Source: Camelus ferus (taxonomy: Eukaryota). From it: a stretch of DNA of 64,000 nt. A model generated the notes under the pieces. The model saw nothing but the letters and a program-made list of their open reading frames with translations. It was not told the origin of the DNA and made no database searches. A program made the position numbers and the translations under genes. Positions 50,731 through 62,479 of this stretch are shown piece by piece (position 1 is the first letter of the stretch; the number at the start of each line of letters is the position of its first letter). The DNA lies in the NCBI RefSeq assembly GCF_009834535.1, contig NC_045698.1:11596001-11660000 (forward strand), in the 5' to 3' direction.

Positions 50731-52529
50731 ATGGAGATTCAGTTTTTAAAACCTCCTTTTCACATACTTGGAAGCAGTTGAAGGCATATATGGGCTCCGT
50801 TTCTATGCTCATCTCTGTGGTTCCTCATGACCCCAGAGGAACCCTGCCAGCACACCCACAGTCCTGTATCCTCTGTGTTCTATGTAGGAGCATCATTTAG
50901 AAAAGTGATCATGTTCACACTCTCCTCAGTGAGAAAGTTCTTTGCTGCAAAATAATCTGAAGCCAGGAGGTCCCCAAAGAGGTGGGTCCCAGTTCTGAAA
51001 AACAATCTCTAGGTTCTTAGGTTAAGGGAACTGCCTTTTCATGTCATGGTTTCCAATAGCACACAGTCTACTTTGCTCTCTCTTTCAAGGAAAACTTCCC
51101 ATTTCCATGTTGACTTGGCCTATTTGATAACTTAATTTCAGAGTTGCCTAGGAATGTACTCGGATCTCTAAAGTTGTTGCAATTGTTCTGAGCCTCATGT
51201 GTTTAGAAATCACACAATCACTCTTCTGGAAAATAGTCAAGTCAAAGAAGGAGTAAAGTTGAACAAAACACAAACACACAGGCACACACACGTGCACATG
51301 CACGCACGCATGCATGCTTGCATACAGAGTGCAGCCACAAAAGATGTCCCCTCCTGGCCTCTCGGCAGCTTCCGCCATCTCAGATGATTTGTGCCCTGAC
51401 TCCTGGAGCTCCTCAGCCCCATAGACCCACACCCTTCAGGTCCATGTGGATGACCTGACCATGCTCTGACTTGCTTAACCCTTGTCCCACCTTCACCCCA
51501 GCCCAGGCCTTTCCCTTCCAGAAACCATTCCAGTTGCAAGCTCTGAAACTCCACCACCCTTGCTGACAACAAACTCCTCCAGCGCTTCTCACTTACCGAC
51601 TTTCTTAATCTCAACAAATGCGCCCCATTCCACCTCCTGAAGACTTTGAGCCCCTATGTTGGACAATCTTTCCCCAGTCTGCCAGCTTCTTTCTGGCTCT
51701 GGTTCCTTCCCGAGCCACTGAGAAACCACACCCCATCCTGTGATCCCACTCCCACCACTCGAGGTGAACGGCAATGTTGATCTCACTGCTGATCTTCCAG
51801 CAACTCTGTGTATAAAACCTCCTGCTAGCCCAGCCTTACCATTTCACCACATTGTACTTACTCCCCAACTCTAATGGGTGACAATACACAACCAGCCCTC
51901 CCCAGCCTCACTCAGTCATGCCCAGTGATTCTTCCTGTCTCCTAGCTCAGTTTCTCTCCCCAAAGCCCCCGACAGCTGATTATTATTCTTAATGTTCCCC
52001 TCAGACTCCCTTCCCCACACTGTTCCTTCTCTGTCTCAACAGATACCCAAACTACCTACTTGCCTGAGAAACAGGAGATCTGCAAGGAAGCCCTTCAGTT
52101 TATTCTCCCGGAGCACCACAAGCAGCCATGTCCAACTGTACCCACCCTCTCTTCCCACCTGCCCATCTCACGGGCATGGGGACGCATCCTGTGCAAGACA
52201 GACCACTTCCTTGCAGGCTGGGTTCCATCTCTGTATCTCAGGGGCATCAGGTTGTTCCTTCCCAACTGGATCTTTAATCTTTCTTCCAATTTCATCTGGG
52301 TCTGTCCTCTCAGCATTTGCTCAAACCTAACTCTGCCATTAAAACAGATAAACAGAACCTTTCTGAATTCCACACACATCTCTCTAGATTCTACCCTCAT
52401 ACCTGTGTCCTTTCTCAGCCAAGTTTATAAATCAGCTTATACTGGGAGCCCCTTTCTGCCTATCTCAGCCATTCTCAGCCTACTGTAACCTTGTGTCTAT
52501 ACATTCAACCCCATATTGCCAAATCCAGT

Positions 52530-53171
52530 TGAGACGATGGTCAGAGCACAGCCATTCAAGGAATGACACAGCAATTAACACCAAAATGGCAGAAGATTCA
52601 ATGCCCAGTAGGCTTAAGATGGGGGGAGGTTTGACTTCTGATAGACCTTGAGCTTCATTATACACCCATTGTAATATATTAGCATGATGAATAACATGCC
52701 CACAGGTGCCATGACCGTCCCAAGGCTAACCACAAAAGGTCAAAGAGTGGGCGATGGCCCAATTCCTGGGACTCCCAGTCCCTTCCCCAGGGCAGCTGGA
52801 ATAGTCCTCCCACTTGTAGGTGTGTGAAGCTACAGAGCCCATAAAAACTGGCAACAGCACCCCTCATGGCCACCTCTCTTGCTCCCTCCTCTTCAGAGAG
52901 ACAGCCACACTCTGTCTATGGAGTGTATACTTTTACTTTAACCTTAGCACCCAACCCCCACACCTCGTGGCCTTTCTCTCACCTTCTGAAACAGCCTACA
53001 CTCTAGGCAGTATGTATGTCTAAATAAATCTACCTTTACTCAACTGTGGCTCACTCTTGAATTCTTTCCTGCGTGAAGCCAAGGAAGCACACTTGGCGGG
53101 GCACGTCCCAGGGACTCGACGGACACCTAGGACAAAGCCCTCCTCATGCCCACATCTGTCTTCCTGCAGCA
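52530..53171 (+). mobile_element. ERV1 solo LTR, MER41-like, 642 bp
   Basis: TG...CA termini with 4-bp TSD CAGT (52526-52529, 53172-53175). CCCACAGGTGCCATGAC, CATAAAAA TATA-like box, CTCTGTCTATGGAGT, AATAAA (53023-53028) and TTGAATTCTTTCCTGCGTGAAGCCAAG are MER41-family hallmarks. Confidence 0.85.
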
Positions 53172-53548
53172 CAGTGATACATTTTGGCCTTATTTCACCC
53201 ATTCTTGATAAGGCACCTGGCACTGTCAGACACTTGCTCTTCTGCCCCCAAGTCCTTCCTCAACTCACCTGACTCAGCTCTGTCTTTCTCTGGCCATACG
53301 CCTCCCTCTGCCTGCTCTCTGTGTCTCACCACCTTCCTCAAACTGCCGCTCCTCTCACCCAGTCACTCATCCAGGTTTCAACTGCTATATAAATCTCCAG
53401 CTTGAATTTCTGACCTTAAGTATGATTAACCTTCCCCCATCTGCTCTCACATCTATTTCTCTCCTGGCACTTCCCATGCTGTGTTTTAATTGCTTATTTC
53501 CCTGCCTGTCTCTCTCCAGCAGCTGGAGAGCAGGGAGGATGCTCTATT

Positions 53549-53817
53549 CCAAGGCTCGATGAAGCTTTTCTGTAAAAAGCCAGACAGTAAATATTGGAGG
53601 CTATGTAAACATCATGATCCTTCTTTGACGAGTTTGCAGTCTCTCACTAACAACACATAAATGAATGGACATGACTGCGTTTCAACAAAACTTCTTTTAT
53701 AGGCACTGAAATTTATATTTGATATAATTTTCATGTGCCATGAAATAATCTCAATGTTTAGTCAACCATTTCAAAATGTAAAAATCATTCTTAGATTAAA
53801 AACAGGCAGCAGATCCT
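53549..53817. mobile_element. MER58-like hAT-Charlie DNA transposon
   Basis: TTTTCTGTAAAAAGCCAGACAGTAAATATT...TAAATGAATGGACATGACTGCGTTTCAACAAAACTT...AACCATTTCAAAATGTAAAAATCATTCTTAG. Confidence 0.8.
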
Positions 53818-56800
53818 GTACTATTTATATCTCCCTCCTGCATTCCAGACGTGGGATGCAGTAAATAGTCAATGAATGTTGGCCCAAGAGGTGACTAACA
53901 TTTCTTTGGCTAAGCTGGACCCAGTTGAGAGAGGTGGCAGGAAACAAAACTCAGTAATGACAATAGATCTGGTCTGCTGCTAGGCTAATCATGTCAACAT
54001 TTCTCCCAAAGAACTTGAACTGTACAAGGTCACAGGAGAGTAAGGCGTTGGGTTTTATCCCCCAGGAGGGGGCCTAATGAGTTAACTCACTTTGAGAGAC
54101 CATTTCAGGCACAGCCCTGAGGGCAAGTAGCAAAAGCAAGTTCCCTTCTATTTTCTTTCCCGAGCCTTTAAAGACAGCAATCCCACTAATAACCAACTAT
54201 GATAATAATGTTCAGAGAAATCGGTAAACATCAGTATGATTAAGGTATGGAAAAGCCTATAATTTGTGCCTCCAGAGTAAAGCGATAATAACAGCTGACT
54301 TCTCAAAACATATAGAGGGTAAAGATTTGTTTTTCCTCTAGCAATTTTGAATTATAAGGGGCCATTCTGCCTCTCCCTCCAAGGGAGGGAGTGCTCAGAA
54401 ATCAGAAACCGGAAAAAATCCTAGGCTGGGACAAGTTGGAGGATGGACTGCCACTCATGATTTAAACCGGCCGTGTTGCATCAGACTCCAAGTGCAGTTG
54501 GGCATTTTCTGGGGCATGAAGCAGGTTAAGATATTCTGAAACCAGGAAATAATGATCTGTGCTCATAAAGGAATTCTGCTCTGAGAAATGATTCCAAACA
54601 AGCTAGGAGAGCATGCGAATCTGCTGCAGGGGTGACAGACCAGCCAGCGACGCCAGCCTCACTGCCCGTCCTCGCCTGGGAGGAAGTTTGAAGGGAAACC
54701 CAGCGGGACTCTGGACAAGAGTAGGTTTCCGTCCACCCTACATTAGCAGCTGGATAAAGTTCTCCTAAGTAGCCAAATTGAGACGCTGGAGGGATGTCGA
54801 TCCCCAATCAAATTATAGATCAGGAAGCGGAAGCCGGAAATGGAGCAGAGATGGCTGACAGTCTTCTTATGTCTGCAGGGAAAGTTGTGATAGGAGATTC
54901 AAAAAGGAAGCACTGGGCTAATTGACTTCCCTAGTTATTTTTCCAAACGGTGTTCAAGTGGAGCTTTCTTCGTGTGCCTTATGATTCATGCAGACTTATC
55001 CACATGAATGCTTCCTATGAAACTCAGAATGAGACAACAGAGACAACACCTCCCACCCTCCGCCTCCCGCTGTCACCCACAGTGCCAGCCAAGGCGCTCA
55101 GGCTGCCATCTGCATCCCCACTCTGGCTGGATGCTGACCTACTGATGGTCAAAGCTCTGTTTTCCTGAGCGATCCAAGTGGCTCAGATCCCAGACTTGGT
55201 AGTGGTGGTGGTGACTGGGGTGGGAGGGGGCGGACTATGATGGAAAGTCAGCTTCCTTCACCAAAAAACAAAAAAAAAAAAACAAAAAAAAAAACTACTT
55301 TACATATATTTGAAGTCTTATGATCAAACTTGCTGATAATTCTGAATGAGGTAAGGTGCAGCCCTGAGAAGAGGTAGAGGGGGTGTTGGTGGCCGACAGC
55401 TATTGTCCTCACTTCCCATAGAGAAAGCGTCTTCAATGTGGAGACGGCCCACGTCAGATCACACTGGGTTCTGTGGTCCTGGCTCTCGGTAGGCAGGGCT
55501 GGGAAAGAGCTTACTGTGTCAGACATCCACAAAGTCCTCTGTGCAGGACAGTACCTCAGGGACCCTAGAGAGTGGTGAACTTGACTGTTCTCTTGATCTT
55601 TTTACATTTTCACCTGGAATTATTTGATACATTTTATATTTATTCATAAATATTTTGCAGCTTAAAAAAAATGCTATTTCTCTACAATGACCCAGGAGTT
55701 GCCAGCAACTGTCCTTTCAAGCACACTCATCTGTATGTTTGACGACCCTGTGTGACAGCGTGAGAATTAGTGGCTCTCTGGTGGGGGCTCTCCAGAAAAC
55801 CCATTTTTTTTTCCTGCTCTAAATCATGGCATATTTCAATTCTAATGCTAATTTCTTTCTAAGTCTCAGTAAATATGTTTTTCACCTAAAACACTTTAAG
55901 AAATATTGTCAACTTCTGAATCATGCTGGGAAGCGCCAGAGAGCATGGAAAGTTTTAAACAGAGGAGAGTTTTAACATCCTTTATATTTTGCTTGGAATG
56001 TATGAGAATTTTCTTCCTTGGTTGATTCATTTCTTAATTATTCTTTGCTTATGCTAATTGGGTTATATCTGTTGAAAGCAAGCCACAGGAAGGAAGATGA
56101 CCTAAAAGCACCATTTTAGGTGGAAACAACTATTAAATGGGCAACTGGTCATCCTCGATGGTGTGGACTCATTTGCCATAACCAAGACTCTGATTATGCT
56201 GAAATTCTTTAGTCAAACTTCTTCACTTTTCCTCATATAATGTAAAAAAAAAAAAAAGAAAATGTGCATTTCAGATTTCACATCAATAAAATGTTAAATC
56301 ATGTGTTAGTTTCAGCTGCTCTGCCTGGAGCAAAAAATAGCCAAGTGAAGCAATATCAAACTTCTATTTTCTCAATGTGCAAAATATGGAACTGAGAACC
56401 AGGTCCTGTGCCCAGAGCCTTCCCCCATGCATTTGTGCTTCCTTTCTGAATTTGCTCATCTTCCTTTGTCCACTGTGCAAATCTTCTTAGGGGGGAGCCG
56501 AGAGCAGCAGCCTGCTGTGATTATTACTTCTCCCTAAATTACTGCCCCTGGGCTACAACATCTCAGTGATTTAAATCCTTTATATCAGATTAGTTTTCCT
56601 AGTGCACAGTCATAGTCTGGATGTCATCTATTCAAATATTTAAAAGAGCTCACCAAATATGTAAAGTCATATTTCTTTGTACTCCCATTTCCTTAAGACG
56701 TCTCCCTCTTACGGTTCTCTGTCTACCTTTTGACCACCACCCGCTCACCTTTAATAGCCTTCTCTTAATTGTCTTGAACTCATTTTCACTTTATTCGTCT

Positions 56801-56910
56801 TTCAGGGAACAGAGCTACTTTATCATTTAGGAAATACAACTGGTCTATTCAGACAAGGTGAAACCTGTTCATCAAACTCTCACACGTTTACCATTCCATC
56901 ATGTAGAAAT

Positions 56911-57106
56911 CTATCCATTATGGTAGCCATTAGCCAGAGTAGCTATTTAAGTTAATTTAAATAAAACTAAATTAAAAATTGAGTTTCTCATTCTCACTAA
57001 CTGTATTTCAAGTGCGCAACAGCCAAATGTAGCTAGTGACTTTTGTACTGGACAGCACAGTTGCACAACATTTTCATCATTGCAGAAAGTTCTGTTGGGC
57101 AGACTT
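56911..57106 (-). mobile_element. MER3 hAT-Charlie MITE
   Basis: ATGGTAGCCATTAGCC...ATTTCAAGTGCGCAACAGCCAAATGTAGCTAGTG...GGACAGCACAG...CATTTTCATCATTGCAGAAAGTTCTGTTGG. Confidence 0.88.
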
Positions 57107-57559
57107 GATCGAGATATTTGAACTATAGGAGAACCCAGACCCTTAGGAGAATTCAAAACTTTAATAGCAAGAAGAAACTGGATCGTGGGAAAGCAGACAA
57201 TGTATTGGTTAATAATAAATGAAAACAACAAGCAGATTTACTTTGTCTGGAACTAAGTACATTTTCCCAAGTAAATACATTTTCTAGAAATATTTACATT
57301 TCTGTTTAACAGTCCAATAATAATCTCTTCCTAAACATTATATACACTGGCTGGATTATAATATTTTTTGATTCTAGAATAATCTTCTATGGATTTTCAG
57401 AATTATTTTTTAAGACAATTTATGAAGCTGTCAATCTGCTTCTTCTCATTCAGGTATAAACAAGTTTGAAAGCTTGGACGAACAGGAATAGGGGCATGTT
57501 TCCAACCGCTTTAAAGCCCTCTGAATAGAGAGCCAATCCTACATCGTCCAGTGGTGACA

Positions 57560-57875
57560 AGGGAGCCATCTTCCCACTTGCCAAGCACCTCTTCATCCAT
57601 CAGCCTGCTTGGCTATCACTTCGCCATGAAATCTCCCTGAAACCATTCCCTCTCTGCACAAAACAGCCAGCGTCAATCTCTCCTGGCTGTCCAACTACCA
57701 TCTCCTGTGCACAATCCCATCACCGTGCACAGCCCGCTGAATTCTAGGTACCTCACTTACATGTCTGTCTGCCCCTGTAGCTGGGAGCTCCTTGGGGGCA
57801 GGAAAATGACCAGCTGTTATTTGCATCCCCCGCACTCAGCACTGTGTCTGACACATAGAAAGTTTATTGGACTGA
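57560..57875 (+). mobile_element. L2 3' fragment
   Basis: CATGTCTGTCTGCCCC...GGGAGCTCCTTGGGGGCAGG...GCATCCCCCGCACTCAGCACTGTGTCTGACACATAG. Confidence 0.75.
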
Positions 57876-59294
57876 GCTGAGCAAATTGGACTCAAAGCTG
57901 CAAACCTGCTTTTCACTGTAACTCTCATTCTAGTCTTGTATTTGAGGTATAATCAATGTAACCTATTTTGTTACTGTGTACGTTTAATTAGGAGACATTT
58001 TAATTAATTTGAAATGTTAGCAGGAGCTATACCGGCTATTAGCATCTGGTTGCCTGTTGGCAGCCTGTGTGTATTTGCTTTCTTGACTGTAGTAGATCCC
58101 CATTTCTTGGGAGAAGGTAAGATTTTTCTATGGGTCCAAAGAGACTAATTAATGAGATTGCCAAGTGAAATAAACAATGTTCTTCAATCTGAATTCTTTA
58201 ATATTTTCTTTAATATTTTTAATATTTTAATATTTAAAAATAATTCGAATGGTGGGGCTTTGATTTGATGAGCCAAAAGACAGCGAAAAGTATGTTAATA
58301 TTTAAAACTTAGATAAAAATTCACTCTCCAAAGTGTCTCCAGGAAAATGTTAATTTTTGTTCCTTAGAAATTTGACTTTATAGAAAGGTCAAATGCTCAG
58401 ATTTCAAAAGGGAAGCCCAAATATGTCACATAGTGTCAAAAAGATCATTAGTTCATATGTGTGTACTCCTAAAACCGGAATTCTAATAATCCTGATTAAA
58501 GGACTGGCCTTAGCCATCAAAATTTAAGATAGAATAACTCAGCCTAAATGCAAGCTGTGAAATTCAAGAAAATTATTCCCTAACCAAGAAATATATGGTC
58601 TTTTTCCGTGTTGTAATATCAAGAAAGTCAACTGGAATTTCTTCTCTGCAGATTGGATTGGGAGCTTAGTGGTTCTTTTGTTTTCCATCTCTCCCTTCAA
58701 TATCAATGAAATACTACATTTTACAACATCTATGTTGCAAGACAAAACAAACACTGTCTCTGAATGCATTGAGGAATTTGTGGGATAATTTCATTAATTC
58801 TCCTTTTTTTTTTAGAGCCATACCCTAGAGATTAGATTTGTATAGAGATTTCCAATTTCCAAATGCTTACATATACATTATCATATTTAAGGCAAATTGT
58901 TCGTATACATGATTAGTCCAATTAGTCAGGCACCATCTGCTCAGTTTACACATTATTCCTGACATTTCCCTTCTTTCTTTTTTTCTTTCTGGCCTGAAAT
59001 TTCATTATTTTTCTTTCTCATTAGTCTTGTATTGGTAACAAGAGAGGAAAGAAGAAAAGGAGGTGCAATTCAAGCTGATCTTATGTTTTAAATGCACAGA
59101 GTTCTTTAAAAAAAAAAAAAAGACTGAAAATATTAAAGTTGCCAGTAAAATTAAGGCTGTAGTGAATAGAGGCACTGATTTAAGTGATTTAAAGTATTTT
59201 AATGTTGGTGACTTATTTAGATACTCTTAATCTACAACCTCCAGTTAATAGCATAATTATTGGACAACAGTTATTTCCTTTAGTTAGGCCTGTG

Positions 59295-59420
59295 TGCTAA
59301 GGATGCTTATTCCCATTTTTATAGGCAAGAAAACAGGAATACGGAGGGATGAAGATGATCTGTCCAAGCAGAGGCTAGGGCTAGAAACCAAGTCACTGGA
59401 TTCCAGGTTGAGAATCCTTC
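59295..59420 (-). mobile_element. MIR SINE fragment
   Basis: TATTCCCATTTTTATAGGCAAGAAAACAGG...GTCCAAG...CTAGAAACCAAGTC. Confidence 0.65.
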
Positions 59421-59426
59421 CCTCAT

Positions 59427-59621
59427 CAGTGGTTCTCAAACTTCAGCGCACATCAGCACCTTGGCCATCTTTGTAAACACCAAAGGCTGGTGGGGAGGGA
59501 ACCTTGAAGTCTCTGATTCAGCAGGTCTGGGGTGGGTCTTGAGAATGTGCATGTCTAAAGCACTTGCTGCAGACGCTGGTGCTGCCATGGGTGGTCCTGG
59601 GACCATACCTTGCAAACCATG
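59427..59621 (+). mobile_element. MER5A hAT-Charlie MITE
   Basis: CAGTGGTTCTCAAACTTCAGCGCACATCAG...TCTGATTCAGCAGGTCTGGGGTGGG...GAGAATGTGCATGTCTAA...GGGACCATACCTTG. Confidence 0.88.
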
Positions 59622-60440
59622 GCTGCCTCCCTCAGCTCTTTTTACATCCCTTAAACTGTAAACCACATCAGGGTAGGGAGTCCCCTGAATCTGGTGTTGC
59701 CTCTCTCTGTCTTCCCCCTTGTTGCCAACTGGTCATCATCGCAATGCCTATGGCACTTCACACACACACCTGCATAAATGCCCCATGAATTGGCTTCCAT
59801 TTTCACATGGTATAAGGAAAACAAGAGATTGGTCAAGTGAAAGGCGTAAGTAACCATTTCTGTAGGGTCTATTTAAGCTAAAATGTTTCATCCTTTTTCT
59901 CTTCTAGGCCAATGAATTTAATAAGTGGCAAAAAGAGGCACAGGAAAGCAAGGAAAACTGTTCCCAAATTCTTACCCTTCCAAGGAGCTCTTTATGCCCT
60001 TGGGGAATCTGAGTCGCCAGGCGAGGATGTAAGATCTCCAGGTGTCAGTGCTCTCCCCAGACGCACAATATCGCCATTGGCATTAGTCAACACTTTCCCA
60101 GCTTAGTGAGACGGATTTATTTGCCCTTATCCCTTAGAAATAAATGACTATCCTTACAAGTCCCGCCCCAAATAATTTCTCCAACTCCTTCTTTGTGTTG
60201 CAAAATATGTCACTTTAAATGGGCATTAGCCTGTTAATTTTTTTTCAGACTACTTAGAAATATAGATGCTCTGCTTTTTGAGAACAGTGGCCAGGTTGCC
60301 GTACCCCAGATAGGTAATGAATTGGAGAACCAAGATCACATGAACCACAACATTCTGTATTAGATCCAACTGATGAAAACAGAACAGCTGCAAGAAATGG
60401 ATTACTGACAGTTTGTTAACGTCGAACGTCATGATCTTAC

Positions 60441-60633
60441 CTATGCACACTAGATCCATAAAACCATACATTCCATAGCAGATTTGAAAAAGGATGTCCT
60501 TCCTCTGCCACACTGCATAGGGGCTGAAGGCGGACCAGAGGAGCCAGGTCACACTCGCTATTAAGAACAGGGATCCTAGGATTACAGCAATCATCTGAAC
60601 TTTCTCAACCAGTGTAATAGAAATGCTTTGCCA
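60441..60633 (-). CDS. MARCHF11: MARCHF11 internal coding exon (penultimate exon, encodes both transmembrane helices)
   Basis: Minus strand reads ctttt-ag|TGG CAA AGC ATT... = [65 protein letters not shown]|gtaag. 193 bp (64 codons + 1 nt), with canonical AG acceptor (60634-60635) and GT donor (60439-60440). The peptide is the recognisable MARCH4/9/11 TM region, and the phase joins the next exon correctly. Confidence 0.97.
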
Positions 60634-62432
60634 CTAAAAGAAAAACAGAGGCATGTAAGAAAAAGGTGCTGTGTATAATTTAAAAAGGAAAAAAAAAAAA
60701 AACATTTTCAGCCCCATGTTTGCTCTTCATGTTAGACCCTTTTCAATCTGATCGGCCCCCAAATGAATTTTTTCATTTCATCCAGGCTATAAAAAATAGA
60801 CAAGCAAATAAAGATTAATGAATTGCCTCAGCTTCATTATTTTCAGTAATTCACCATTCTGCAAGTTTAATCTAGTTTTATTCCAGATAACAGGACTGAG
60901 TATGGACGGCCGAGGAATATTTAGTACCCGGGAATCACATTATCATCTTTCACACATGCATGAAATTAAATACACTCTGACGAAACACGATGAGGAAGGA
61001 GTCCTCTATTTGGAAATTTATTTTGCTCTCAACACATTTGGCTACTGCAGAAAAGGGATTTATCTCTTTCTTGGTGGAAAAAAATGTAAAAAGCAAATAA
61101 ATGTTATATAAGAACATCCATGAAAAATCATTTAACAAACTAAAATAATTACAAGGGAACTATAAAATTGTATGTTATGTGTTATTGGTACATTTCATAT
61201 AGTTAGACATTACAGATATTACTGGCTATTAATTATCTAATGAGTAATCCATAAAGCCATTATTTGTCAAGATTTAGAATTTGTACATGAAAGAGTATCT
61301 TTGAAACTCACAAACTGTATGAGCACACACCATTCAGTGGGGAGAATAATTTGGTGTCCAAAGCATCAATGTTTGAATGGATTTATAGCACAAATGATGA
61401 AAAACCTTTCAAGGGTGTTAACTTGAGAATTAATCAGTCATGCTCCCACTTTGGCGTAATGGAGACAGAAACAAAACTAGGATTGCTGTGATGGTCTGTC
61501 TGCCAGCACACAATGAAACTCAAAATAACCGGCATCGTCTTATTGTGTGGGAGCAACATGTGGCTTGTCAGAAGAATTCCTAAACAGTTTAAATAACCTT
61601 TAAAAACAAATGAGCTTAAACAACCACTGCCCATCGGGTGAATGTGGTATTTCCTTAATGTCTTTACTTACCTGAAGTCTGACTATGTGTATCTCCCAGT
61701 GGAAGTCTGCCACTGCTCAGAACTTCCCTCTGTCCCTCACTGCCTCTGCCTCTCATCGTATCATTCATAGATAATAGTTTCAAATATGCATTTAACCTTG
61801 CATATTCTTGGATGCTATTAAATTCTACGTTTGTTGAAGATGAAATATCAGAATGCATCTGAAATATTTCATTCTCTAAAGTCATTTACGTTACGCTTCT
61901 CTTAAAAAAACAGACCCAAATGACAAAGCTTGTGGAGTCTGTGAGAAAGGTATTTGTAACCATTTTAATTTGAAGCTTCATTTATCGAAAAGTGATTCTT
62001 GCTTCTACAATTCTGTATGAATAATAACTGAGCTAGTCAATATTATTTTACCATTAGAAATGGATCAATGTATTTCAAGCACATGTTTGAAGTTGTTTTT
62101 TTGTTTTTTTTTTTTGTTTTAGCTAGCTTCCTGGAATAATTTTAGGCATATTAATTTCAAACAGCTAGGCATTGAATTTTAAACTGTTTAAATTTGCTGC
62201 CACCAGACAAGTGTGAAGTGTCAATGTCTGTGTCTCGTTTAGTTTTGATGTTCATTAAAATTTGCATTAAATGCAACAACATGGTAAGCAATATAGAACA
62301 CTACTTCCAGCTAATTCCGTCCTAGATGGGTGCTGTCATGTCTGTATGCACCACGTGGTCCTTTGTCAGTTTACTAGTCACATCAAATTGATGAAAACAA
62401 AGCAGCCTTTTAAATCCATGAGGCAAAGTTGT

Positions 62433-62434
<2 letters not shown>

Positions 62435-62478
<44 letters not shown>
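62435..62478 (+). repeat. (TG)22 microsatellite
   Basis: Directly visible. Confidence 0.97.

Positions 62479-62479
<1 letters not shown>

Larger units (their letters stand above)
51440..53880 (+). mobile_element. Old L2 LINE (ORF2-derived body and 3' tail), interrupted by an LTR and a MER58
   Basis: Long C/T-rich body. L2 RT-region text ATTGCCAAATCCAGT...GCACCTGGCACTGTCAGACAC flanks the LTR. Tail CAGTAAATAGTCAATGAATGTT. Left boundary approximate. Confidence 0.6.
42566..60440 (-). other. MARCHF11: MARCHF11 last intron (17,875 bp, phase 1, GT-AG)
   Basis: Bounded by the GTAAG donor and TTTAG acceptor. The reading frame is continuous across the splice. Confidence 0.93.

Noticed and set aside
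51992..52488. Longest ORFs in the track (112-142 aa)
   Set aside because: They fall in C/T-rich decayed L2 sequence where stop codons are naturally scarce, and show no recognisable domain.
60250..60594. ORF-track 114-aa ORF as a standalone gene
   Set aside because: It is the MARCHF11 TM exon from an internal Met plus intron read-through. Kept only as a speculative isoform.
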